A DNA stretch of 64,000 nucleotides from Octopus bimaculoides (Eukaryota): NCBI RefSeq assembly GCF_001194135.2, contig NC_068984.1:49537537-49601536 (forward strand), read 5' to 3'. Shown here one piece after another: positions 25,225 through 39,354 of the stretch; the first letter of the stretch is position 1; each line of letters begins with the position of its first letter. A program made the position numbers and the translations under genes. Below the pieces are notes generated by a model. The model worked only from the letters and a program-made list of their open reading frames with translations. It was not told where the DNA came from and ran no database searches.

Positions 25225-25770
25225 TGGAGGATATCCTCAATTTAAATAAAAACTGTCACATCGTTTTGCAGTGGGATTCGAAATCTGAATCAAGGCTGCA
25301 AAGTCGTTGAAGGTGAAGAAATTGAGAGAAAGGTATAACAGATTCAATGTGTTTGGGATGAGAAGAAGAGTAGTGGAGGTAGGAGTGGGAGTCAGTAGGT
25401 TTATAGTAGACAGAAGTAGAGAGGTGGGTATTGTGTATTTTGACAGAGATTTCAAGAAAACAAACAGAAGTATCAGATATGGCATGGGTGAATTTCAAGG
25501 TTGGGTGAAAGGTGTTAACAAAAGAAATAAAATCGTTTAACTGTTGTTTGTTAAGGCTTGTGGCATCAATGCAGTCGCAAATGTAATGACCATACAGCTC
25601 TGGGATGGGTCCACGGAAGTGAGAAAAGATTTGCTCCTCTACATAACCTAATTGGAGCCCGTCTTGGTGCCCATAGAAGGAAAAACAATTGAGTGTTAAG
25701 ATGAGCTCAGCTAAGCAGAAGAGTGTATTAGTGCTGGGTTCAGGTACAGAACGACGGTCTAAAAAGTGGC
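25225..25770 (-). mobile_element. Penelope-like element (PLE) reverse transcriptase fragment
   Basis: LAELILTLNCFSF, frameshifted MGTKTG, YICD (decayed YIDD), FVNTFHPTLKFT, FLEISV, TSVYYKPTDSHSYLHYSSSHP and IPFSQFLHLQRLCS are PLE RT/thumb motifs. Confidence 0.88.
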
Positions 25771-26529
25771 AATACACACACTCATGTGCACCCACACACT
25801 CGCATGCACGCATACATACACACACACACACACACATACACACACACACACACACACACAGAGGCATGGATATGAGTGTGTGGATATGAGTGCATGGCAT
25901 GCATGTATGCATGCATGCATGCATGCATACATACATGCTCATTCATAGTGGCTGTCAACTCATTAATCAAGTATAACTTTTCCTAATGCCAACACTGACA
26001 GAGTACATATACATGGGCACTAAACTAATTAAAACTGACAACACATAACCACAAGAGTAATACACAAAAAGACATTAATGTAGTATAATTTAATGACTTC
26101 AATGATATTTACAATTTAATTATTGTTATATACAATCAGACTGAAATGTTTAAAGATAAATAATTAAAATAAATAAATCAAAAATTATTTTCCTGTAGCA
26201 ATTAATAAATCAGCAATAGTTACATACAAATTTGGTTCAGAACCATTGATAAGAAAATTTTTACAGTTTAGAAAATTACTACGAGATGGTTATAGATAGT
26301 ACATATACTATATGACTGAAAATGAGTCTTTAGTCCAGCAAGTAATTTGCATATATTTTTAAATAGATGACATGAAAATGCTTGTGAAGACTGCTGCAAA
26401 TTGACATTATGACATTTTGTGTGCCTAGTCAACCTAGATTTACTTCTGCAGATCTTATTAGAAACAGAGCAAGGTACTTAACAGACTGTAACTGAATAGT
26501 AAGTAATGGGCTTAAATAAGTGCTTCCAC

Positions 26530-26858
26530 TTATGACAAGCTAGTCCGGCATGTGAGAGGTAAATATGGTTGCAGGTGTCACAAGCAAAGAGAGAAGAAAC
26601 ATTGGCCACAAGCAAACCCTTGCCTTTTTTTTTTTTTTACCCCACTTGTTATATGCAAGCAAAGCAGTATCTTCCCAGATTTTACTCCTCCATTTTGGCC
26701 AGTCCATTGCATCACTCTCCCAGTTTTTCATGCTCAAAGTTCTTTAGTGTACTGCTTATTGAATCTTTGAAACACAGTTTTGGTTTATCTTGAGACCTCT
26801 TTGCTTCTTTTATCTGTCCATATAGAAGTTGTTTGGCTATGTCTTGATCTGATTCTCT
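26530..26858 (-). mobile_element. RTE-BovB-type LINE C-terminal fragment
   Basis: DIAKQLLYGQIKEAKRSQDKPKLCFKDSI...DWPKWRSKI, plus terminal zinc finger CDTCNHIYLSHAGLACHK. Confidence 0.75.
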
Positions 26859-28242
26859 GTATGTACATTCGTACATACATACATACATACATACATACAT
26901 ACATACATACACTGTAAACCAATACAAATTTACATTGTATTGAGTATTTTTAAATGATTTTTACCTATAAATATCACACAATGCTTAGTCCAAACTACAT
27001 TACACTAATATATGTATGTACTTATGTTTGTACATGTATGTGTGTCTGCATGTGTGTGTCTGTTCACACATGTATGTGTCTGCATGTGTCTATGTCTACA
27101 CATGAATCTTTATATTCCACATGTTTTCACATCGCACCATTTGAACTAAATGGTCATATCATTTTACATCCCCTGAAATAACAAGATGTTCTTTGTTCCT
27201 GCTCTTTCAACTTGCATTAAACCAGTGAAATAAAAGTAAAGATGTCTGTTACTTGAGCATACATGGGGGTTGGCAACAGGAAGAACAGTTAATACAGTAC
27301 TGCCTCGATAATTTCAATAACTATACAATATTGTCTTAATAGTCTTTGTCCAGTCTATTCCAGCATGGAAAAGTGGACATAAAATGAACAAATAAATGTG
27401 TGTGCACACACACTCTGAAGCATATATAGATAAAATATGCTGTCTGTTTATGACTTGGCAAGAGTTTTACAGTTTAGGATATGTGTAACTAGATATTAAG
27501 TTTAGCCTTTGGATAAATAGATCTACTTGAAGAATATACTATGTGTTAGTACCATCATTTCAAAACTATATGGTAGAATAAAAAAGTCTCAGTATAGTTT
27601 ATAGTTAAAAATTCTCTAATAAATTGGAGTTAAATATTCTGCATAAGTTGAGTAATTCGTTTATTGTTCATTTAAAAAATAAAATTCATTGTGAACTATA
27701 GCTTCTAACTTAAACTACTATAATTTTATTGTGCTGTTATTCAATCATTTAAAATTATCTCTCCATTTACTTTCTACTTAAATGTTACCTATTTAACTAG
27801 ATAAACTCAAAGTGTAAAGTGTTATGAGAATCTTATGTTTTCTTGTGCAAGTAGTGTATACTCCACGATAACAGTCTAGCAGTCTAGGAGTCTTCTTATG
27901 ATATAAAATGTGTCTAATTTGACTGAAATCACCACCACCACCACCACCTTCATCTTCATGACCATTATTATCTAAAGCAACACTAGATTACTACAATTTG
28001 TGTATCTCTGACAATTACATATGTCATACAGCAAATTAGTTATTAGTTAATTCATTCTGCACAGGACTGTGATGATAAGATTGCAAACTTACATTAGAAT
28101 AGTTTTGAAACTCTAAGAGAGAACATGTCATCTTGTACTGATAGATGGGTTTCTTCATGCTGAATCCCATATGTCAATGATCACATGTTTTCTATACCAT
28201 CAAATATACTCTTGTACATTTACTTAGTAATATTTTCATATT

Positions 28243-28405
28243 CCGTCTATCTTTACATTTTCAATTCAAATTTTTTCAAGGTCAAACTTTGTCTTTCATC
28301 CTTTCAGGGTCGAAAACTAAGTACCAGTTGTGTACTGGGGTTAGTCTAATTGACTGACCCAATCCCCAAACATTTTGGGCCTTGTGCCTAGAGTAGAAAA
28401 GAATA
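28243..28405 (+). mobile_element. SINE family A, 5'-truncated copy
   Basis: TTCAAATT...GGTCAAACTTTGTCTTTCATCCTTTCAGGGTCGAAAACTAAGTACCAGTTGTGTACTGGGG is the reverse complement of the family-A core. Confidence 0.8.
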
Positions 28406-31146
28406 ATTTCATCTCTGTGTCAGCAAGAATGATAAAAGTTAATCTTTTCTAAGGTCAAAATAATTATGAAACTTGTCCAGAGTAGTCTTTCATATTCCCA
28501 GAAAATGGAAACAATATTGGTCACTAAATAACATAATTTTTTCTCATTACATATGTTTTGTCACCTTTTTAATGTCTGAAGCATGAAATATTTTAATATT
28601 ACCTGCTGTATAAATCTGTTTTAAAATTTGGAATTAATTTATGAGAATCTTGTGATCTAACATTGAGTATAGGAGAAAAATCATCCAGAAGATATGATGC
28701 AGAATACCACGCTATTTACAATAGGGTTACAATATACAAATGGGAACCCAAAATCCAAGAGTCATCCAATATTTATATATAGGAAGTAAGATGAGGATTC
28801 TGATAGAATCAAGTACTTGGAAAGGTATGCACCAGGTAGGGTTGGGTAATGTCAGTAGTTCTGGCCTATGGTTGGTGAGAGTCAAAATATCAGATAGGAT
28901 ATTTCTGCTGTGTACACAGAGAAAACCAGCCCTATGAATATTTAGTGCGTAAGGGGTTGGTCTAAATTATGTGTAACTTCGAGTAGTGTTCTTAGTATAC
29001 TCTTGGGTGTTTGACAAGTTGTAAATCCCTTGGTGTATTGTTATCAAATTAATAATAAAACATGATGAATAAAACAGCTCATTACAGCTATTTCTTACAC
29101 AACTTTTCATGGCTGGCCTTGACAGACATATTAATGCTGTATTTCTGGATATTCTTTATTTTGTGAAGTTACTTCTCATCTGATGATTACAGTCTTGTAT
29201 AACGATATAATATTCTCATTCTTCTATTAAAAGTTACGTAAGAAACAGCTGTAATTAGCTGACAATTATCCATTGTATATTGTTATTCATTTGATATATA
29301 TATGGAACCATTACTTTATAGCTGACCATATATATTGTCATGTAAATTAATTCAGATAACAGCTTGTTGACAAAATGCATTAAGAATAAAAGCAGAGGGC
29401 TGAGCGAAAAAAAAAAAAACATTTTCTTGAAATCACACCCTACTGTATTAAAAAAAGTGAAGAACACAGTGGATATGTGCTGTATATCTGAAAAAAAGAA
29501 ACCAAATATGGATGTTCAGCATTGGGATGTGTTTACTGAATCAAGCTTGACAACTTCAATTTTATCATGCTCCTTTCTTGAAACTGTTACTGAGAGTGGA
29601 TCTATTTTTTTTTTTCATTTGCAAAATATGCATTTTTTAAAAGGAAGTAAAAAAATCTGAAAATCATCTATAATAAAGTAGTCTTCCAGTATCATTGCTG
29701 TGAAGGTATGATGTTGTGGAGTAAAANNNNNNNNNNNNNNNNNNNNNNNNNNNNNNNNNNNNNNNNNNNNNNNNNNNNNNNNNNNNNNNNNNNNNNNNNN
29801 NNNNNNNNNNNNNNNNNNNNNNNNNNNNNNNNNNNNNNNNNNNNNNNNNNNNNNNNNNNNNNNNNNNNNNNNNNNNNNNNNNNNNNNNNNNNNNNNNNNN
29901 NNNNNNNNNNNNNNNCACCAAAATTGAAAGCAATCTGAGAGTATATCAGTGTTGCTTCACCCCAGTGACATCCTGATGCATATGTGAATAAAGCTTGCAA
30001 TTTGAAATATTTTCCATACTCTATTCTTAAACTTCTTTTCTCCGCTTATTTCTTGGTTTGATATCCCTAGTTTCTTATTTCCTGCCTTACTACATATCCC
30101 TTTGCTAGTCACATTCTTCCACTTACTCTAGGCATTTTTCTTGTATTTTATAGCTCTAATCACTGCAATCTTACTATCATATTACCATTACTCAGTAAAG
30201 GTTCTGCTTCATCACAGAATTGTTCAGTGATTTGCAGTTGGTTGACTTTTAAGATTGCCCAGCTGTCTTATATGCCAGTATTTTCATAGGGATGGTTGGT
30301 GGGGTTCCTCCAACTATATGAAATACTATCTATGAGGATTGAAAAATGAGCAAATTATCATGTTTAATAAAATTATGATGGTTTATACTTTCTAAACTTG
30401 TTGAACAACAGGACACAGAAAAGAGAATTATATGAAAGCAAACACTTTTTCTGCCTTCTTATTATATAAGGGGAAGGGATTAAAAAATTACACTTATATT
30501 TGTCATTTTGAGAACCACTACTCCATACCATAGTCATCTATCTAATCCTCACAATCTGAATAGGAATACCCTAGTACAATTTGGAAAATTTTGTCACATA
30601 AAAGAATGTTATCGTCTACACCTTTCTTTTTCTGCATGTCTTTTACTTCTGAATCCTTTACTTTCCCATTGCAAGTTCATTAACTACTAGTATATGTTGA
30701 GGAAAATATTCTTCACCAGGAAAAGATTTGCTATTCAAACCCATCTGCTTGTTTCATTTTTTAGCATGTACAACATCAATCTGGCTCTCATACATATTGA
30801 GTGGTTGCCATTTATTTAGCTGATTCATTTACTGAATTTTGCTGAAAATGGTAAAACTCCAATAATTTTGTTCCATTTTCAGTCCTTGGATTATATCCAA
30901 AGAATGCATGCACACCAGGCTATCTGTCTTAGCATTCTTCTAAGTTGACAACTGTAATGACCATATATGATATCAACACCCACATAGATGTAGCCACTGA
31001 GTTCATACATCATGTGTATTTGTTGCCAAGTGAGGATTGGTGGCAAGAAGGGTATCCCACTGTATAAAAATCTATTTGACCTACTCAATCATGATAAAGT
31101 GGACATCAAAATGGTGATGGTGGTGAGCCCTCACTCAACCATACTA

Positions 31147-32404
31147 TTAGGTCATCAAATATGAAATTTGTTGTAAGGTATATGGTAAACTTTGACAGCT
31201 GCTCATTTTGTGCCGTTATTATATTTTGACAATTTTTATTTTTTGTTAGAAAGCTGACACATCTATTTCTTTACTCTATCTCATTTTGCGCTTTATAAAG
31301 TATTTATAAATCGTTTTTTGCTAATTTTGCTTTGAGATGAATAAATTAGAAATTCATACAGTTTTGAAATATGAGTTCTTTCTTGGAAATACAGCATTAC
31401 AGATGGCTCAGAATATTAATGGAGTATTTCATTCTAATGTACACAGCAGGCAGTATCAAATTGATTTGCAAAATTTCATTCTGGTAACGTTGACCTCACT
31501 AATGAGCTACGTGGTCAACCAGAAAGAAAGGGGGATAATGATGAACTGAAAACCACTGTCAAGTCAAATCCATCTCAAAGTGCCTGTGAATTATCGTTGT
31601 TGTTTGGTCTTAGCAAGCAAACAACATGGACTCACCTAGTTCAAATCAGTGAAGTGACAAAGTTGGATAAGTGGATTCCACATGAACTCAATGAAAATCA
31701 GAAACAGTAACGTTTGAAAGCCTGCATTATGCTACTTTCTCATCACAAAAATTAATCATTTTTGAATCAAATTGTAACATGTATTGAACAATGGATTCAA
31801 AACAACAACTGTAAGTATTCAGCACAATGACTGGACAAAGATGAGCCACCAAATCACAGTCCAGAAAGTAAAATTCATCAAAAGAAGCTGATGGTGTGTG
31901 TTTAGTGGTCTGGCGCAGGTGTGATCCATAATGATTTCATTAAACCTGACTTATCAATCATGGACGAAGTATACTGCAGCCAACTGGACCAAATGATGCA
32001 GAAACTTACAAAAGACTGCCTAGATTAGTCAACAGATCCACTCCTGTTTTATTGCAAGACAACACCAAAATGACATTGGCGAAACTACAGGAGTTGGAAG
32101 TTCTCCATGATCCACCATACTCACCTGATCTTGACCCCTCTGACTACTACTTCTTCCAGAATTTGGATAATTTTTTGATAGGGAAAAAATTTAATTCTGA
32201 CGATGCTGTTAAACAGGGCTTCCAAGATTTTATTAACTCTAGATTGCCAGGCTTTTACAGTTCCAGGCTGGACAAGCTACTGCTGAAATGGCAAAAGTAT
32301 ATTGACAATATGGATGCATACTTTGATGAATAAAAATATTCCTTGTATTTATAAAACATTAGCAAAATTTTTTTTTTCTACAAATTTCATGCTTAACGAC
32401 CTAA
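31147..32404 (+). mobile_element. Full-length (1258 bp) mariner DD34D transposon, transposase pseudogenised
   Basis: TIRs TTAGGTCATCAAATATGAAATTTGT and reverse complement TTAGGTCGTTAAGCATGAAATTTGT, with TA on both sides (31145-31146, 32405-32406). Motifs LKYEFFLG, WIPHEL, LLQDN, PPYSPDLDPSDY, with stops and frameshifts. Confidence 0.93.
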
Positions 32405-32520
32405 TAATAAAGGGGTAAATTGTCTATTTTAACAAACTATCCAGTCTCGTCAATGGTAGGGGTTAATATTTGAGGTGTAACTGTAGCTTAACATTACCCT
32501 ACCTCTTATTTATAAAGAGC

Positions 32521-32680
32521 AAGGGATTGGCAGAATCATTAGAGCATTAGACAAAATGCTTTGTACTGTTTCTTCAAGTCATTTATGTTCTGAGCTCAAA
32601 TCCGTCCAGGTTCAACTTTGTCTATCATCCAATTGGACTAAACCCTTCTGCAATATTCAGGCTTTGCACCTGTGTTAAGG
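32521..32680 (+). mobile_element. SINE family A, diverged copy
   Basis: TGGCAGAATCATTAG...AAAATGCTT...GTTCTGAGCTCAAATCC...TCAACTTTGTCTATCATCC. Confidence 0.7.
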
Positions 32681-34374
32681 GAGAGCTTTCATGAGTGGAT
32701 ACACAGTCTACAAATTTCTACTGGTGACTAAAATGTGTTGGACACAATAAACAGTAACAAAATTGTAGAAAATACTTGAAATTATTTAAAATTACAACAT
32801 ACCAAAATTAAAAAGTTAATATTTTAAATGAATTTCATTTACTTATGGTAGATGACAAATAAGCTTTATGTGATAGCACCATGGGGTAGATTTAGAAGTG
32901 ATAACTTATGAGTTAGTGAAACTATAATGTTCTATTAGTTCTTGTTTCTGACTTGTAGAAGTCTCAGTTGACTGAGGAGGGTCATAACCAATGGCAGGTG
33001 GGTTATCAATATCATCAAGCTTAACAGTTGCAGCAGAGATGGTGTGGAAAATTAATCCAGTTTCAGTTGTTTACTTTACTGATCCTGCTTCTGGATAATT
33101 GTTGATAATGTTGTAGAATATCAGTTTCTGTTGATAAGTCAGTATACAAAAGGGCATTATCAGGAGACTCTTGTACAAAGGAAAGTTTGGAGTTTTTTGG
33201 ACAGTGTTTATTCTACCCTCTGAAATCTATAAAAATCACTTGTCTCAGTTTTTGAAAACCATGTTCTATCACAACATACATATTTCTTTTTTTTTTTTTT
33301 TTTTTGGTTGTTTTGATTGACTTCCATGAAATTGCAAAATTGAATCTTGCTGATTTGAGATTATTGTTCTTGATGTTATTGAGAGGTCTTTGTCCTCAGG
33401 AGTCATCCCTTTTATTGTCCTCTTCTTTCACCTTGAGAATTTATTCAAATATCTCCATTAGTATAATTATTTGTCAGCTACCATAATATCTTGATCAGTT
33501 GACTGAATTAACATAATAGTGAGTGGTAAGAACATGCATATTATTTTCCCATCATTACTGACAAACTGACGGTCACCTCAGTAAGTAAGTGCATTGTCCA
33601 GATTTAATAGAATCTACAATTCATCCGCAGAGAGTTTGAGAGCATCTTCTTAGTATTTACACATTTCAAGAATGAAAGGCAAGAAAAGAACAGTTGTTAA
33701 AAATATGCTTGTTGCGTCACAATTTCTTGCTATGGTAATAATGCATTGGTAGCTGCTACAGTATGTCTTTCAAAATTCACATATGTGCTGACTTCCCTGT
33801 CATTCAATACTTTAAAAGGTGCGTCTGTATTCATGCAACACAATATGATGCACATTCCTTACTTGATCTTCTCCTCCAGAGCAGGGGATCAGAAGCATCA
33901 ACAGTCAGCAAAAGATTGCTTACATATAAGAAGTTTGTATCATAATCACAGATTTGAACCTAATGTATATAGTAACTTGCACCAATGTCTTTTACCATAG
34001 CTTTAGATGGATCTTTGTGAATAAAATTAGGTAAAGAGAAACAGTAAAAACTATTCAGATGGACTCTACCAGTTTCTGAGGAATATTAAGTCAATCACAT
34101 TATAATTGAATGAGTAAATAGTTTTGTTGATCAAACGACTGGAGTACTTACCATTGAAACTGATAGTGATTCATTTTAATTAATAAGCATATATATATAT
34201 ATATACATTTACATGTACACACTCATACACACATGATAGGGCTTCCACATTTTCTGTGCACCAAATTTCATCACAAAACATGGATCATGGTTTCAGCTTT
34301 CAATTCCATAGAACCTGAAACCATATTGTTATGAAGCTAATTTATTAACTATGCTGTCATGACTGCATCATCTC

Positions 34375-34427
<53 letters not shown>

Positions 34428-35248
34428 CTCTCTCACACTCTCTCTCATACACACTTACACTCTCATTCATATTAATGCCTGTTTTTGTGTCTCATTATAC
34501 AGAAATAATAAAATAGTCAAGCATTAATTGAAAGATTACTCAATATATTTATGTAGATTATCACATTCTATTTTAACAAGGTAAAGATTGACAGTTTTAG
34601 TTCAGTTATGTAATGTTTTTTTGGTTTTCCAAGATTATATATTTTTTGCTTTATGTTGTGGGTGGAGCACAGTGGTTTCAAATAGGTATAGGTTTTTTTG
34701 TGACATAAAGTAACATCATTATTTTAATTGGATAAGTAGAAATAAATTCTAGGGGAAAGAACAGACAGTAAAATAAGGAGGAAGAGAAAAGTAAAGGGAG
34801 TAGTAAACATGTATGTTGGCAGTAGGAAGGAACAGGAGGATAAGGAAGATACTGTTCTGGTTGTGTGCCTTTCTTTATTTCAAGTTACATAGCTATCATC
34901 TGCTTAAAATAAGTTATGTATAGTATAGGAAATTAAGAAATGTGTTTATATTCTTGTGTGGGTTCTCTCAAACATGTATGTAAGCATAGGTGTTAGTGAT
35001 TAGATTTGTATGGCATGACATGAAACATCAAGTTTTGTGGTTTGTGTTGAACGGTCATGTTCAAGCATACTTCAATCAAAGATGAAGTATCCTCCCTTGC
35101 TATTTTCTATATTGTTAAAGTAACTCTTTCTCTATTGCAAATTCATTCCAGGCAAATGATAGGTTCCAAGCATAAGTAACATGCCCTCATCGAAGGGTGC
35201 AGGCTGTCCAAGATTATATATTTCTTGCTTTATATTGTGGGTGAAGCA

Positions 35249-35329
35249 CAGGTTGTTTACGGAGATTACACTATTGACACAAGCAAAATGTATAGTTGGG
35301 TGAAAAAGTTTAAAGAAGGGAGCATTGTC
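35249..35329 (+). mobile_element. Short mariner HTH fragment
   Basis: QVVYGDYTIDTSKMYSWVKKFKEG resembles mariner VYG....S.V..W...FK.G. Confidence 0.55.
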
Positions 35330-36029
35330 TATATATAACAACACAGCTTTCCTGCATCCTAGTTTTGAATGATATCTTTTAATACTTCAGTATTTCTGCT
35401 TCAATGGCTAGAATATACAGGAGTGGTGAAAGAGGACACCCTCAATGGAACAACTATGTGGAATGACCAGTGAGCAGATGCTACTCTTCAGTGAAGCTAT
35501 CCTGCCTATGAAAAGGGATTGAAACTGATAGTACTGAGAAGCATTCCTAATTACTGATGGTAGACCTTACAAAAACTTTGGATTGATCTAGAGCCCACCA
35601 TAATCATATTTATCTACCTCAACTATGTTGTATTACTTGTGGAGATTGTTGTGCCTGGAATTCTGCAAGTTGGCATCCCTAGCCAACCTGCCAATGACAA
35701 GCTCCTACTTTTTCTTCATTTGGCTAAAATTTTAAAATACTGCTTTTATATATTGGAAATTTTTAATGATGCCTCTCTTGTTCATGCCTTTTACCCCCAG
35801 TGCTACCATTCCCCAGCTAACACCATTAGGAATGCTCTTATTTTTGTGTCAATTTCAATAAATGTCTGCCAATCAAGAAGTGAACAAGTCTAATGTGCAT
35901 CCATAAAGCTCAAAGGACACACAACATAAGCCAGGTGACATAACCTTCATACAACCATGCACTGCTACTATATTTCATATGCTTTTATAGGTTTTTCATA
36001 ACTCCCCATATTTTTTCCTGAGTAGTAGA

Positions 36030-36225
36030 AACAATAGAATGCTGGACTAAAAAAAATCTGTACTAGGCTATTACAGTAGTTAGTCATTCCCTTTACATTC
36101 TGAATCAAAATTCCATTGAGATCAATTATACTTCCTATCCTTCCAGGGTTGCTATAAACTCCTATCAGTTGAGCGATAAGTAATTAAAGGACATATTTCA
36201 CCCAAAACCTGTGACCAGTAGTATA
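36030..36225 (+). mobile_element. SINE family A, old copy
   Basis: AGAATGCTGGAC...TTTACATTCTGAATCAAAATTCC...ATCCTTCCAGGGTT; resembles the 62.9-kb copy. Confidence 0.55.
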
Positions 36226-37077
36226 TTCATTAAACACTTTAATTGAAAATTATTCTTAGGTGTGTACTCTTACATATCAGTGGATTATTGTAAAAAGAAA
36301 GCCTACTTTTATATATATTTGTTTATTGTAATGGCTTGGTCTGGAGTAACAAGAGAATTCCAGAGAGCTGATGTTTTAAAGATTGGCATTTTGGTCAGTA
36401 CAGGAATAGGTTAAGAGTAGACACATAAGGATAATAAGCAGAGTGATGATTTGAGTGTAACTGGGTAGAGATCGTATGAGTCCAGCTAGCTACAAGAAAC
36501 AGAAGCTATTGTAGTAATGGTAGATAAGGCTATATTGCTACATGACAGCCCTCTTATTTTCTCACCAATAGTATTTTTAATTGTGTGAAACTAAATTCTG
36601 AAATACCAATTAAGTTTTCAGATACATTATTTAACATACACATAGTTATATTAATTATGTTAATATAAATGACTCTTTATCTCAGTTTCATGCTGTGTCT
36701 TTTTCTGTTAGATATCTCAATTGCATTTTCATATGAAATCTTAATACTTTTAATTATAGGAATTCAATACTTTTTCAGTAGAAATGATACACATATCAAA
36801 ATTCAGTGTGTTTTGTTTCTAACCATAAAGTTCAGTGGGAATCAATGGAAGTTTTTTAACATTTTATACTACAGAGTTAGCAACAGGATAAACTATATTT
36901 CCTATACACATAAAATGAAAAGAAAGACTTATCATTTACCATTCATTCGCTTTAGTGTTTTATTGCATGTTTAATATCTCTTATTCATAGGTTTTTTTAT
37001 TACAAAAATCTAATCAGCAACAGATTTTTTTTAAATAACAGGAAAATAATTATGAATTTCCTTGTATTTTGTTCATC

Positions 37078-37080
<3 letters not shown>

Positions 37081-37137
<57 letters not shown>
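37081..37137. repeat. (ATT)n microsatellite; representative of many (TA)n, (TG)n, (CATA)n, (ATAG)n and (CT)n tracts in the window
   Basis: Directly visible. Confidence 0.95.
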
Positions 37138-39354
37138 TGCAGTGTCATTTGTTTTGTTGTGTTTCTAAATCAGTAATCAAGAAGTTCTTGATAATTCAAT
37201 TGAATATATTTCAATAGTAATATGGCACAACAAGTAGGAATGCATATATCTTTTTGCTTTGATTTGATAACAAAATTTTCTGTTTTGCAATAACTCAAAA
37301 TTTCAGTGGAAACATCTGGTTAGTTTTACCAAATATTTATTCATTGAGATGGTGAGCTATGAAGGTGCTCTCTTTTGCAAAGAATTTTCTTCTAGAAACT
37401 GTAACTAGCATTTAAATAGTGATGCTATGTTTCTAGTTAGTGTGTCTAGAACTAATGACCGTAGGGAGGTACTACATTTTAGAGATTAATCTTTCTCTAA
37501 GATAATAATGATTGACGTATTTCTGCTATGTTGGCATCTTCCTTAAACATTCAAATAATTTTTGCATCCTGTTTGAAAGACCATCAAACAGTATAGAATT
37601 TATTCCATATATTTTTTATTCATGTTCTTTTTATTTTTAATTTTCCCTGCCCACTTTTATGTTTATATACTCATCAGTTCATTGTGGCAAATTACTTTCA
37701 ATATCTAAACGTTTCAATGCTGTGACACTCATCAACACATGCTACTTATATAGCTCAATTAAGTCTAAAACAAGAAGAGATGCATATTCCTACATACTCT
37801 TTATGTATTAAAATACCTTCAACTTAGCATGTGTTCCAAAATGGACTGTAGACTGTACCTATGCTTTTACATGATTTAATTTCAGATATAATTCTCAGTG
37901 AGCAGCAATGCCAGCTACATGTTATTAGTTCTATTCTTTGTTTTCTTGATTACTTCCTCTTATGAATACATGCTTTGAAAAGGATACTGGATATTTGTCT
38001 ATGTTTTGCCATTTTCAACCCACTTGCACCTCCAAGTGTACCTCTATCAGCTATTCATTTTAGCATGATTCTATACTGACTTTATAAGTATTACCATCAA
38101 TAAGAATTTAGTAATTTCCATTTACTGATTCATCTACTTTGCCCTTTTTTGTATTAGATGAAGAGTAGTGGACAAGAATAGACTGTCCATAAGCAGTCCA
38201 ATGATCAAAAGCAACAAATACACAAACAAGTATAAAAAATTATACTCGTTTTGATGGGTTGAAAAAAAACATTGTGTTCATACATACATAAATAGATGCA
38301 TATGTATGTATGTATGTATTTAATGTCCACTTTCCATATTGACATGGGATGGACAGTTTGGCAGGAGCTGGCTAAGCAGATGACTGTGCCAAACTTCAGC
38401 ATTTGTTTTGACATGGTTTTTATGACTGGATGCTCTTCTTAACACCAACCACCCCACAGAGTGAAATGAGTGCTTTTTCACTTGGTACCAGCACAGGCAA
38501 GGTCAGTTTTGGCATAGTTTTTACAGCTGGATGCCCTTTCAAATGCCAAGCACTTTACAGTGTGGACTGGATGCTTTTTACATATATACATTAAAATGTA
38601 TTTTACATACTATATCTTATTTATTTATTGGTTTTTGCAATCTGTGGAAAATAATGGATCGGTCACTGGCCTATTGCATTTATGACTGAAAATGACTGAA
38701 AATGACATAGAACAGTTTTATGCTTTCTCATTGATGTTTATAGCCTTTACCAATAAACACTACAAAGAGAACTATCTATTTGTTTGTCTGTTCACTACCT
38801 ACCTTCTGTAGTAGTAGAAGCAGTGTTTTATATCTGTTTTCAGTGCTGGTATTTGATGGACAGTTTGACAGAGTCCAGTGGATCAAAGGCTCATATCTTA
38901 CTCCAGTAGCTCAGTTTTGACACTTTACATAATGCACTGTGTGCATTTTATCATTGCACAGTCACTAGAAAGTGTTTGCTCTCAGCAAAACTAATGAACC
39001 CCCTTGAGCCCTGTATTGTCACTGGTTGATTCAATTTATCATGCACTTATAAATTGTAGTGGGTGCTTTTTCCATGGCACCAGCACTAACAGGTTGCCTT
39101 GTAGCTCACAAGGTGAAAGAGAGCCCCCATGACTGAAAGATTGGAAGTTGAAATACAATGGAAGAAACAGTTTTATTGTTGTTTGAGGATGATAGTGGAG
39201 AGAGTAACAGATAATGAGGAATAATGGATGAGACAAGGAAAAGGGGAAGAGAAAATGTAATATCTGAGTTAGTGTGAAAAAGTGGGGTAACAAAATAGCA
39301 AGGGTGATGGGATGGGTTGAGTAGGAGTGGCCAGCGTCTCTCAAATCATATCAT

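Noticed and set aside
25771-25970. N-terminal part of the 228-aa minus ORF and other VCVC/YIYI/HTHT ORFs
   Set aside because: Translations of (TG)n, (TA)n and (CATG)n microsatellites; no coding evidence.
28700-29020. Possible further Penelope fragment on the minus strand (RNILSDIL...PNPT)
   Set aside because: Resemblance is too weak and fragmented to support by eye.
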